From: Parachlamydiales bacterium
Lineage (GTDB): Bacteria; Chlamydiota; Chlamydiia; Chlamydiales; JAJFMK01
Direction: 5' to 3'
DNA: 64,000 bases
NCBI GenBank assembly: GCA_963765145.1
Contig: CAVXVG010000029.1
Location: 32,001-96,000, forward strand
The stretch's first letter is position 1; each line of letters opens with the position of its first letter. The notes under the pieces are model-generated. The model made no database searches. It saw only the letters and a list, made by a program, of their open reading frames with translations, and was not told the origin of the DNA. A program made the position numbers and the translations under genes. Below, piece after piece: positions 46,063 through 55,048 of this stretch.

Positions 46063-47429
46063 TACTTGAGGTGAAGTGGGGGGCTATAGTTGCCTGCAAA
46101 CGTTCTTTTCCACCAATGCCCCGTCTCGTTTTTTTCTTCAAAGGTAGTAAAAGTATAATCATAGGCTAAAGCTCTCACATACTTTGGAGGCTTTTCTAGG
46201 AAAGGGTTTGTTTTTAATAACTTGAGAACCGGTTTCGACCCTTCTAACAATTTGACTAAAAAAAAGCTAAACCAAGCTTGCCTTCCTACGCCAAAAGAAC
46301 CAAAAGGTAAAAACCAGGCTTGCCAATCTAGCCTTGGTTGAAAAGGAGAAATTCTTCGGGGTCTGTGGCGTAAATCGCCGGGCTTAAAGTAAAATTCGTA
46401 TTCTTTCCAGATTTCACCATCCTCACTACCCTCAACAATGATCTCGTATCTTTTGGTTGTCATGACGGCAAAAATGCCATGTGGATAGGCCAAATGGTAA
46501 GGGTAGAAAAACTCTAGAATCTTTTGAAAGGTTCGGATGGGATAGAAAGATTGCCAAAGACTAATCACCTGCAAGAAGAGATAGCCTGTACCGAGTGCAG
46601 AGATAAATACTTGCCAAACAAGCGGCGACGGTGCCCCTATCGCAGGGGCAGCCCACGCCAAGAAACCCAGGAACTTGTTGTGTATCAAAACAATACAACT
46701 GACAACGGTCATATGGTTTAAAAAAGACAAATTACCTGTGAACCAAATCACAAACTGCAAACCTACTAGTTGTGTAAAAACAAATAACCTCATCTCTGGG
46801 GGAGAGAAAATAAACCAAGGGACGATCAACTCTGCATAAAACATGATCAACGCAGAGGCCTTGTGAAACCACATCGGTAATTTATCAAAATACCAAGCCT
46901 GTGTGTTGGGAAGCGGTTGAGTTAAATAGTGGTAAGAAAGGGCTGTTAAATTGCGCCAATTACTGTCATGACTTTGGATTTTTGAAAGACCTGCCTGAAA
47001 ATGAAACCTTAGGAGTAGAACACTAAGCCCCAGCCACCCAAACACATTCAAAGGTGTTGTAGCAACGATAAGGAATGCTCCAACCGTTAATTCCAGAATG
47101 AAGGTTTCCCATCCAAAGGAAAGAAAATCTTGCCCTGCCGATGCAAGCGATAGCTGAACGATATAGAGTAAAAAAAGGATTAATGCTGGATAAATGCCCA
47201 GCATCAATAAAAACCCCAACACAATCCCTGACCAACAAAGCGCCAAAAGAGCTGCATCGCTTGCATTGAACCAAAAAAGGGTCGGTATGATGGTATAGGC
47301 TTTATTCCCAAAACGACGTTTGATCAATGGGAGATAATCTTTAATCGGCAAGACCCCATCACTTCCAAGCAACCCTTTAACCTGCAAGACAAAGGGGATG
47401 TAAGAAAAAATATAAATGAGCCCTAGCAA
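46062..47429 (-). CDS. Lipase maturation factor (LMF) family membrane protein; true start probably further upstream
   Basis: GQDFLSFGWE, HYLTQPLPN, EYEFYFKPGD, PFQPRLDWQAWF. Confidence 0.9.
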   Translation of the reverse strand: MLGLIYIFSYIPFVLQVKGLLGSDGVLPIKDYLPLIKRRFGNKAYTIIPTLFWFNASDAALLALCWSGIVLGFLLMLGIYPALILFLLYIVQLSLASAGQDFLSFGWETFILELTVGAFLIVATTPLNVFGWLGLSVLLLRFHFQAGLSKIQSHDSNWRNLTALSYHYLTQPLPNTQAWYFDKLPMWFHKASALIMFYAELIVPWFIFSPPEMRLFVFTQLVGLQFVIWFTGNLSFLNHMTVVSCIVLIHNKFLGFLAWAAPAIGAPSPLVWQVFISALGTGYLFLQVISLWQSFYPIRTFQKILEFFYPYHLAYPHGIFAVMTTKRYEIIVEGSEDGEIWKEYEFYFKPGDLRHRPRRISPFQPRLDWQAWFLPFGSFGVGRQAWFSFFLVKLLEGSKPVLKLLKTNPFLEKPPKYVRALAYDYTFTTFEEKNETGHWWKRTFAGNYSPPLHLK

Positions 47430-47501
47430 TCGGATAAAGAGTCCGATTGCTATGGAATAAGAGTTAGGATCTAGACCAAATGTTTCGATGGCGTTGCATG
47501 A

Positions 47502-48446
47502 CTAGTAGTTTCTATTAGTATCTACTATGAAATTACTGTTGTCTGCAATGGGCAAGTAAGGTCTTACACCACAATCGTCGCAAAGACCGGCGCCGCCAAA
47601 AGAATAGGTGATGCCAATGGCTACGTTAAAAGAATCATTCTGCGCTTCTTCCCCACGGACAAATGAAGTGGGCGCCATATAAGCTCCGTGTCCTTCAATG
47701 CTTAAACAAGATGAAAGAGGCGCTCCCATCCTAAACCCTAAGGTAAATTTACCTGGCCTTTTGTCGCTGTAGTTAATTGTTCTTGGCGCACCAAAACCAT
47801 CGGAATCAAATAAAAGCCCCTTACCATAAGGCACACCCCCCCAAATCATTGTGTAGGCACAGTTGTCAAAGTTGTGTTGCCAAAATAAATTGATTTGATT
47901 GATGCCTCTATATTTGACTAAAAGCTCTGCAGGGCTACGGTGCGCTGTATGAATGGGATTTGTTCCCCATAAGCCAAACTCATCACTGCAATCCCACAAA
48001 TAACCAACCTGGTATCTGATTTGATCCATATTGACCTGCAGACCAAAAGCACCAAAATACTTATTGATCATCAAATCATATACAACGCCCATATTCACGC
48101 CTGAACAGCAGGTCGTTTTCCAAGCAAGACCGCCTGTCAAGAATAGCTGCTGCTGAATAGCTCTTGGATGACGAAAGGGATAAGATGCACGTCCACTCCA
48201 ATCGTATGCGCCCCAGCTACCACCTGCCTGAACGACAAAGCCGTCGCAAGCAAGACCGGGCACTCCAACACCTACATTAAGACCAATATAAGCGCCGTCA
48301 TTGTTCATCCAACTCCCTTCCGGTAGGCTTCTAAAGTCATCTGCAGCGGCCGTTACATCTATAGAAATGGGAAAAGGTACACATACATCGGCAGAAAGTG
48401 AACTGACGCTAAGTGCTAATAAAATGGCAGATGAGGTTTTACCCAT
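47502..48446 (-). CDS. Cys-containing outer-membrane beta-barrel-like protein
   Basis: Signal peptide, amphipathic beta strands, IGITYSFG, PYLPIADNSNF tail. Confidence 0.6.
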   Translation of the reverse strand: MGKTSSAILLALSVSSLSADVCVPFPISIDVTAAADDFRSLPEGSWMNNDGAYIGLNVGVGVPGLACDGFVVQAGGSWGAYDWSGRASYPFRHPRAIQQQLFLTGGLAWKTTCCSGVNMGVVYDLMINKYFGAFGLQVNMDQIRYQVGYLWDCSDEFGLWGTNPIHTAHRSPAELLVKYRGINQINLFWQHNFDNCAYTMIWGGVPYGKGLLFDSDGFGAPRTINYSDKRPGKFTLGFRMGAPLSSCLSIEGHGAYMAPTSFVRGEEAQNDSFNVAIGITYSFGGAGLCDDCGVRPYLPIADNSNFIVDTNRNY

Positions 48447-48557
48447 GATGAACTCCAGAAGATGAATTTAGGCAAACAAGTTAAAACAAACTAAGCAAAA
48501 ATGCAATCTGTTCTGAAGAGAAAAACGGTGTGAATAGAATAAAGAGAGGAAAAAATT

Positions 48558-48649
48558 CGCGAAGCGTTTGGAGTGTCTAAACTCCTGTTTAGCTTTGACT
48601 TTCAAAAAGTGAAAGCTAAACAGGAGTTTAGCACTCCAAACGCTTCGCG
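48558..48649. repeat. Uninterrupted palindrome A (92 bp), reference copy
   Basis: CGCGAAGCGTTTGGAGTG(T)CTAAACTCCTGTTTAGCTTT...AAAGCTAAACAGGAGTTTAGCACTCCAAACGCTTCGCG. Confidence 0.93.
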
Positions 48650-48654
48650 TAAGA

Positions 48655-49179
48655 CTAGATCTTGATGAAGCCGGGTTGTCCACCAGGTGACATTCCACCT
48701 CCTGGGCTTGGCAACGTTTGTTGTTGTCCAGGACGTTTTGGTGGTTCTTCCGATGGCTCTCTGCCTTCAGCCAGGTCACGGCAAATACGGCGCCATTTCT
48801 CAACGGTCTCAACATACAATGGAGCAAAAGCTCTAAGCGCTGAAGAAATCGCATGTTCCATGTCGATCGTGCAGTGAATCAAAATGATCTCTTCTTTCAC
48901 AGCAACACCGACACCGCCGCCAGCCATTTGGCCGCCTAACATCGATCCTTCCAATAGTTTTTCGTATAACTTCAGTAAATGCTTTTGATCTTTAGGAAGC
49001 CCGTCTAGCAGGGGGGAATAAAGATAAAGCCTTTTGGAATTTGGCTCGTACGTAATATGTAACGAAAACTCATCATCGATCCCAAGGATACAAGTGTTGT
49101 TTTCGTCGAACTCAAGGTCTCCGAGGCCCAGCTCTTTTCCAAATTCTTTTAAGTTATGTCTCGCATTCTCGAGTGACAT
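48655..49179 (-). CDS. slc1: Type III secretion effector chaperone, Slc1/CT043-like (CesT fold)
   Basis: NNTCIL, YEKLLEGSMLGGQMAGGGVGVA, characteristic of chlamydial Slc1; adjacent to glgX. Confidence 0.85.
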   Translation of the reverse strand: MSLENARHNLKEFGKELGLGDLEFDENNTCILGIDDEFSLHITYEPNSKRLYLYSPLLDGLPKDQKHLLKLYEKLLEGSMLGGQMAGGGVGVAVKEEIILIHCTIDMEHAISSALRAFAPLYVETVEKWRRICRDLAEGREPSEEPPKRPGQQQTLPSPGGGMSPGGQPGFIKI

Positions 49180-49407
49180 AATGTGCTTCTCCTTAACTGG
49201 GTGTATTACCCTAATAATAAAACTTTTTCAAAAAATCGCCTAGTCCTTTCGGGGAACAGCTTAAACCACTCAAACGAAAGGAGTTGAAAATTTTCTTCTT
49301 CTTGACAGTGAGATTATAGTGATAATCGATGCTAGGATGCAAATCTTTTCACTTTCTGTTACGAATAAAAAATATGGAACAGCAGCAATTCCCGTCAGCC
49401 TCGCCAA

Positions 49408-49478
49408 TACCCAGGGTTGCATCACCCTTTCAGGGTTTCTTTACCCTGGGCTACAATCCTTCACCCCATTCTGGGGTT
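49408..49478. repeat. Single half of REP family F upstream of glgX
   Basis: TACCCAGGGTT...TACCCTGGGCTACAATCC, matching 52893-52932. Confidence 0.7.
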
Positions 49479-49507
49479 GTTCATTTCTTTTCCAGTGGGA
49501 ATTGCTG

Positions 49508-51490
49508 ATGGAAAACCAATCTGCCCCCCAATATCCGATGGGGGTAACCCAAACGGCAACAGGGTGGAACTTTGTCTTTTTTTGTCCTTTGGCCAAAAGA
49601 GCAACTCTCCATATTTACGACTTAGAACGAAAACCCATTCGCTCTTGCCCAGCAAATAAGACCGGTACACTTGCACACATAGAAGTGCCGGAACTGCATG
49701 CCCCCTTTGCTTACCACTGGGAATTGGAAGGGATCAATGAACGACTTGTAGACCCTTTTTCAAAGGGCATACTATCGAATAAAGAATGGGGAACCCTCCC
49801 CTACCAGCCATTAAGCCTCCATTTTGAACATCAATTCGATTGGGAGGGTGTCAACTCGCCCGACATTGAAGGCAAAGACCTGATTGTTTATGAAGTTCAC
49901 TCAAGGGCTTTTACTCAAGATCCTTCAAGCGGTGTCGACAAGAAAGGAACTTTAGAGGGCTTCATCGAAAAACTCCCCCACCTTAAAGAGCTAGGCATCA
50001 ATGCCATAGAACTTCTTCCTATCATGGAATGGAATGAAAGCGAATACGATAAAAAGAGTCCAGACAATCAAGAGCAGCTCTTTAATTTTTGGGGATATTC
50101 CACAGTTCACTTCTATGCACCTTCAAATCGACTGCTATCCAACCCACCTTTTGGGCTGCAAGAATTGTGTAAGTTGGTAAAAGCTGCCCATCAAAATGGA
50201 ATGAAAGTCGTTCTGGATATTGTCTATAACCACACCGCTGAAGGGGGAGAGCAAGGGCCTACCTACCACTTCAAAGGAATGGATAAAAGCATGTTCTACC
50301 TCATGGATGGAGAACATTACCTCAATTTTTCAGGCTGTGGAAATTCTGTAGCCGCAAATCGTCCAATCGTTATCGAATGGATCATCAAAACACTACGTGA
50401 TTACGTTTTAGAGGCACATATTGATGGTTTCCGCTTTGACTTAGCTTCCGGTTTAAAGCGTGGAGATAAGGGTGGTCCTCTAAATCCCTCCCCTTTAATT
50501 GAGGCGATCTCTGACGACCCCTATTTATCTAAAACCATTCTCTTTGCTGAACCTTGGGATCCGGGCGGCCTTTTTGAACCAGGGCATTTTTACACCAAAA
50601 AAGCTCGTTGGAAAGAGTGGAATTCCTTTTTTAGAGATGGGGTCAGGACTTTCATTAAAGGAACCGACTATTCTAAACAACACTTTGCAACTCGAATGGC
50701 CGGATCAAAAGATCTTTTTGAAAATAGAACCCCTCTTGAAAGTTTAAATTTTGTAACTTGCCACGACGGTTTTAGCTTAAAAGATTTGGTCTCTTACAAC
50801 CAAAAACATAACGAAATAAATGGAGAAGGGAACCGAGATGGAGAGAATAATAATCAGAGTTGGAACTGCGGCGCAGAAGGGGTTACTGATAATCCTGAAG
50901 TTCTATCTTTAAGAAAACGGCAACTTAAAAATTTTATGGTTGCTCTTTTTGTGGCGCAAGGCGTACCCATGATGTTGTCCGGAGATGAATATGGCCATAC
51001 AAAAAATGGGAACAACAATACATGGTGCCATGACAACAGACTCAACTGGTTTCAGTGGGATACTTTAAATACCGAAGAGGGGCAAGATCTATTCCGCTTT
51101 ACAAAAGAGATGATCGCTTACAGAAAAGAAAACCCTCACTTTAGAAAAGGGCGTTTTTTAGAAGATAAGGATATTGTATGGCACGGCAAAAGGCCTGAAG
51201 ACCCACGTTTTGATCGACCAGATCACCTTGTTGCTTTTACTCTACACGACGATCAGAACTCAAAAGATATTTTTATTGTTTTCAATGCTTGCAACGAAAA
51301 AAGCCTACTGATCCTTCCTAAACCAAAAGAAGGCATGCGTTGGTATCAGGTGGTCAACACTTCATCGGCAAGCCCTCTCGACATTTTGCCTGAAGACAAG
51401 AGAATCATGGTGGAATTGAGGTTCTTATCCGTCCCAAGCTATAGCTGTATTATCCTCGAAAGCCAACCTAAGTTAGAAAAACCTCACTAA
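49508..51490 (+). CDS. glgX: Glycogen debranching enzyme / isoamylase
   Basis: NFWGYST, DIVYNHTAEG, DGFRFDLAS, AEPWD, TCHDGF. Confidence 0.95.
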   Translation: MENQSAPQYPMGVTQTATGWNFVFFCPLAKRATLHIYDLERKPIRSCPANKTGTLAHIEVPELHAPFAYHWELEGINERLVDPFSKGILSNKEWGTLPYQPLSLHFEHQFDWEGVNSPDIEGKDLIVYEVHSRAFTQDPSSGVDKKGTLEGFIEKLPHLKELGINAIELLPIMEWNESEYDKKSPDNQEQLFNFWGYSTVHFYAPSNRLLSNPPFGLQELCKLVKAAHQNGMKVVLDIVYNHTAEGGEQGPTYHFKGMDKSMFYLMDGEHYLNFSGCGNSVAANRPIVIEWIIKTLRDYVLEAHIDGFRFDLASGLKRGDKGGPLNPSPLIEAISDDPYLSKTILFAEPWDPGGLFEPGHFYTKKARWKEWNSFFRDGVRTFIKGTDYSKQHFATRMAGSKDLFENRTPLESLNFVTCHDGFSLKDLVSYNQKHNEINGEGNRDGENNNQSWNCGAEGVTDNPEVLSLRKRQLKNFMVALFVAQGVPMMLSGDEYGHTKNGNNNTWCHDNRLNWFQWDTLNTEEGQDLFRFTKEMIAYRKENPHFRKGRFLEDKDIVWHGKRPEDPRFDRPDHLVAFTLHDDQNSKDIFIVFNACNEKSLLILPKPKEGMRWYQVVNTSSASPLDILPEDKRIMVELRFLSVPSYSCIILESQPKLEKPH

Positions 51491-52521
51491 GTAGCCCACT
51501 CGGGCATGTCGACATCGAAGTCCATGTTCAAGTCTTTTATCAGGGCCTGAGTGATACGTCTATCACACAATTTCATCAGATCCATATCAAGGGTGTCTGC
51601 TGTAATATCGCATGCAGAATTATACAACTGTCTCCAATAACACTGCTTAGTTCCTTCCTCGTAAAAATGAGCTGCACCTTTCCTGGAAGCGGCCTTATTA
51701 GAAGATAATAAATGTCTTACCCCGACTTCTACTCTATCCGTATCATCGAGTTTTCCACTATAAATCGGAATACTATCAACCACTTTCCCTTTTCCTCGAG
51801 TAATGTAATAAGCCATTACCAGGTCACTGAATAAAGAGACAAACTTCAGCGTTTGGTTAGCCATTGCCATTTCACGAGTATTTATAAAACAGTCAGGCTG
51901 TTCCGGTATCTCTCTTGTCACTTTCGAAAGATCATCTTGGTTATTTGCCCAATACTCGTTTTTATTAATGCTAGGTGTCTCGTCAACATAGGCAATAACA
52001 TTCTCAAGGCATCTCATTCCTGAAGCATAACCTGCTCGCATAAAACGGTCCGCCACTGCTATCCCCTCTTCTGAGTCCCAATCATCATTGTTTTCGTTAA
52101 GGAATAGGGCCAACCCTCTGTAACACTCAGTAAAAAGTTTATGAAATTTTTGTGTTTCTTTGTGATTGATTTCCAATGGATTGCGATCATCGGGCGAGTG
52201 TACGATCCCACGCGTTAGACATTCATTATGTGCCCATTCATAAATCTCTGGTCGAAAATCTTGAATTTTTGTTTCCTCTTCCGTGGTGAGATTATTGACT
52301 GGAACGTGGGCTTCACCTGCTATTGGCTCTCCCTCACCAGCCTTTTTTGCAACATTTGTTTTATAAATGAGCTGAGGAAGCACAAAAAAGACATGATGGG
52401 CAATACAAACAACCCTCTTCCAAAGAGGAAGTTGCCTAGGAGCAACTTGCTCAAGGTAACTACCAAGTCGAACGCAGGCACTAGGCACAGAACAGGAAAA
52501 AAAATTGTAAAGCGAAACCAT
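51487..52521 (-). CDS. Hypothetical protein
   Basis: 344-aa ORF; no motif recognised. Confidence 0.6.
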   Translation of the reverse strand: MVSLYNFFSCSVPSACVRLGSYLEQVAPRQLPLWKRVVCIAHHVFFVLPQLIYKTNVAKKAGEGEPIAGEAHVPVNNLTTEEETKIQDFRPEIYEWAHNECLTRGIVHSPDDRNPLEINHKETQKFHKLFTECYRGLALFLNENNDDWDSEEGIAVADRFMRAGYASGMRCLENVIAYVDETPSINKNEYWANNQDDLSKVTREIPEQPDCFINTREMAMANQTLKFVSLFSDLVMAYYITRGKGKVVDSIPIYSGKLDDTDRVEVGVRHLLSSNKAASRKGAAHFYEEGTKQCYWRQLYNSACDITADTLDMDLMKLCDRRITQALIKDLNMDFDVDMPEWAT

Positions 52522-52615
52522 AACTCACCTTAAAGGTTGTAAAAAAAGAATTTATATCAAAAACAAGCAAAAAAAACAATAGATTAAGTAAAAGGTTCAA
52601 TTTCTTCAAATTTCC

Positions 52616-53067
52616 TTATGCAATAAGGCGGTGCAAAAAAGGCCTTGTTGCATAATTAGCCACTGAGATCTCGAAAGAAAATTTGAGGCAGTGAGAAACA
52701 AATAAACGCCCGAAGGACGTTTCGGATTGTAGCCCAGGGTAAGCGCGGAGCGCGCAACCCTGGGTAAGATGGTAATTAAAATAATGCACCCACGAATGTG
52801 GGTGCTGGATGATTCTTAGACTCGATAATTGCCTTTTGCCTGACCATATCCGGCACCCACGTTCGTGGGTGCATCGCTTTAATGTATCGTTTTACCCAGG
52901 GTTCGAGCTTCGCTTACCTTGGGCTACAATCCAAAACGCCCTTCGGGCGTTTATTTCTATTCAGCGAACAATTATGCAACAACGCCGTGCTCTACGTCCG
53001 TTTAGCCTTTCACTTTCACAGATAAGTGAAAGGCTAAACGGCCGTAGAGCACTCCAAACGCTTCGCG
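52616..53067. repeat. Composite: MITE B (52641-52986) carrying long REP hairpin F (52700-52956), followed by most of a palindrome A
   Basis: B TIRs GGCCTTGTTGCATAATT/AATTATGCAACAACGCC. F: AAATAAACGCCCGAAGG..GTAGCCCAGGGT..GGGCTAC..CCTTCGGGCGTTTATTT. A arms GTGCTCTAC/GTAGAGCAC. Confidence 0.87.
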
Positions 53068-53082
53068 AAACCGTTATCGCGA

Positions 53083-54009
53083 TTAATGAACGACTTTGCG
53101 TGGGGCTTTTTCGTTAACAACTTCGGCAAGCTCACGTCCGGCACCAGAATCGATCGTGGTATGGACTAAAGCAATCGTTGTGTTAGGAAAAATTTGTGCT
53201 AAAATCTTGTCAGCAGGCCTACCTTTATTTGCTAAAACCTCAACTTCATCTACAGATAAAGAGGTGGCATTTTCTTTTTTTGCCGTCTGATTTTTAGTCA
53301 CGATAGCTGTTGCAAATGTTGTAATTTCGCCGGAATAGGCTGTTGATTGACTCATCACCATGTGTCGTGTGCTGTCTGCTGCTTCACGTACACCATTGTG
53401 TTTGCTGCCTAAAGCATAGCCTTGGTAACCCACTTGCTTTGCTTGCACATGCCAAAGAGGGTTTTGGGCATGTTGCGAGTGGTGATACGCATCTGTTCTT
53501 GTCGCAATGGCAATCGCGTTCATTGTCTCTTTTGACAAAGCTTTGTCAAACATAGGTGAAAGAACTGATACGACATAATCTTCAAGAGGAACTTCATTGA
53601 TGATGCTAATTTTTCCATTGCCTACGTCGTAAACATACAGGATACCATTGTATTCGATCCCGTTGACCATTAGACGAGTTTTTGCATCATCCGGAATGAT
53701 TTTGACTTGGAATCTATCTAGGAAAACCTCTCCCCACTTCAAACCCTCTTTTGTAGGTTCGACATAGGCGCGGCGGGGTGAAAATCTATTGGCAACATTC
53801 TTGTTGATAAACGGATCATCCACATTGTACTTTCCTTTCACTTCTACTAACGCAGATGGAATAGAGTGTGCGATAAGTACACGGATGGTCGGTACCTGCT
53901 CTGCATTTTGCTCTACAAAAACAGTTTTGATCCGATCCCAAACACCAGCATCCACCTTGATCGGAGAAATGGCTGATAATATTGCGCAAGAAAGTAATAG
54001 AGTCTTCAT
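53083..54009 (-). CDS. SpoIID/LytB domain protein
   Basis: IINEVPLEDYVVSVL, AIAIATRT; signal peptide; lies between glgX and ruvB as in Chlamydia. Confidence 0.8.
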   Translation of the reverse strand: MKTLLLSCAILSAISPIKVDAGVWDRIKTVFVEQNAEQVPTIRVLIAHSIPSALVEVKGKYNVDDPFINKNVANRFSPRRAYVEPTKEGLKWGEVFLDRFQVKIIPDDAKTRLMVNGIEYNGILYVYDVGNGKISIINEVPLEDYVVSVLSPMFDKALSKETMNAIAIATRTDAYHHSQHAQNPLWHVQAKQVGYQGYALGSKHNGVREAADSTRHMVMSQSTAYSGEITTFATAIVTKNQTAKKENATSLSVDEVEVLANKGRPADKILAQIFPNTTIALVHTTIDSGAGRELAEVVNEKAPRKVVH

Positions 54010-54043
54010 TGGTTATATCCTATAAAACTACGAGGTATATCCT

Positions 54044-55048
54044 TTAGAAGGGCATCTTGTCAAGATGCTGATACGTTCTTTCAGTAGCAACTCTTCCGCG
54101 AGATGTCCGTTTTAAAAAACCTTGTAGAATTAAATAAGGTTCGTGCACCTCTTCTAACGTATCGGCCTCCTCTCCACAAGCAAGCGCAAGGGTTGAAAGG
54201 CCAACTGGCCCTCCTTGGAACTGTTCAACAAGTGTTCGCAAAATTCTTTTGTCCATCTCGTCAAGGCCTGCCGCATCGACAGCTAAAAGTTCTAGGGCAT
54301 CTTGCACGATCTGCGGCGTTAAATCCCCTTTTACGCGCACTTGCGAATAGTCTCGAACCCAGCGCAAAAGATGGTTGGCAACTCTCGGAGTTCCCCTTGC
54401 CCTTTTTGCAATTTCAAGCGCTCCAAGACCATCTAAAGGGACACTTAAGAGCTGAGCTGTCCTAACAATCACCTCGCTCAATACTTCTAAAGTATAATAA
54501 TCGAGCCGCAAGGAATGGGAAAATCGTGTTCTTAGCGGACTGCTTAACAAACCGCTTCTTGTCGTAGCTCCAATCAAAGTGAACGGCTTGATAGTCAACT
54601 TGACCGTTCTGGCATTCGGCCCGCTATCTAGGACTAAATCGAGTGTGAAATCCTCCATCGCAGGATACAGATACTCTTCGATGTTTTTATGCAGACGATG
54701 GATTTCATCGACAAATAAAATGTCTCCCTCTTTTAGAGAGGTCAAAATACCCGCTAAATCTCCTGCACGTTCCAGCACCGGGCCACTTGTGACAATGCAG
54801 TTTGTCCCCATTTCTCTTGCCAAAATATGGGCAAGGGTCGTTTTACCAAGGCCAGGCGGCCCTGACAAAAGACAATGTCCAAGCGCCTCCCCTCTTCCTT
54901 TTGCCGCTTCTATGACAACGGAAAGACGCTCTTTAACGGCCTCTTGCCCGATAAAATCGGTTAAAAATTGTGGACGTAGCGGGGTTTCAAAAGTGATATC
55001 TTTTGCTTCAAAGCTTGATTCGATGAAACTGGGTCTTTCTTTATTCAT
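54044..55048 (-). CDS. ruvB: Holliday junction helicase RuvB
   Basis: LRPQ, GPPGLGKTTLA, DEIHRL, GATTRSG, RGTPRVANHLL. Confidence 0.97.
   Translation of the reverse strand: MNKERPSFIESSFEAKDITFETPLRPQFLTDFIGQEAVKERLSVVIEAAKGRGEALGHCLLSGPPGLGKTTLAHILAREMGTNCIVTSGPVLERAGDLAGILTSLKEGDILFVDEIHRLHKNIEEYLYPAMEDFTLDLVLDSGPNARTVKLTIKPFTLIGATTRSGLLSSPLRTRFSHSLRLDYYTLEVLSEVIVRTAQLLSVPLDGLGALEIAKRARGTPRVANHLLRWVRDYSQVRVKGDLTPQIVQDALELLAVDAAGLDEMDKRILRTLVEQFQGGPVGLSTLALACGEEADTLEEVHEPYLILQGFLKRTSRGRVATERTYQHLDKMPF

Noticed and set aside
48570..48636. CIRCE half-sites (GAGTGCTAA, TTAGCACTC) inside palindrome A
   Set aside because: The halves are in reversed order and tens of bases apart rather than N9, so this is not an HrcA operator; probably coincidental.
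49319..49507. N-terminal extension of glgX (and of the methyltransferase at 3992-4087)
   Set aside because: The extension runs through repeat DNA; the downstream ATG fits the family start better.
52809..53117. Short ORFs over repeats (also 8588-8821, 18377-18610, 45064-45264, 48468-48854)
   Set aside because: They are translations of palindromic non-coding elements or antisense shadows.
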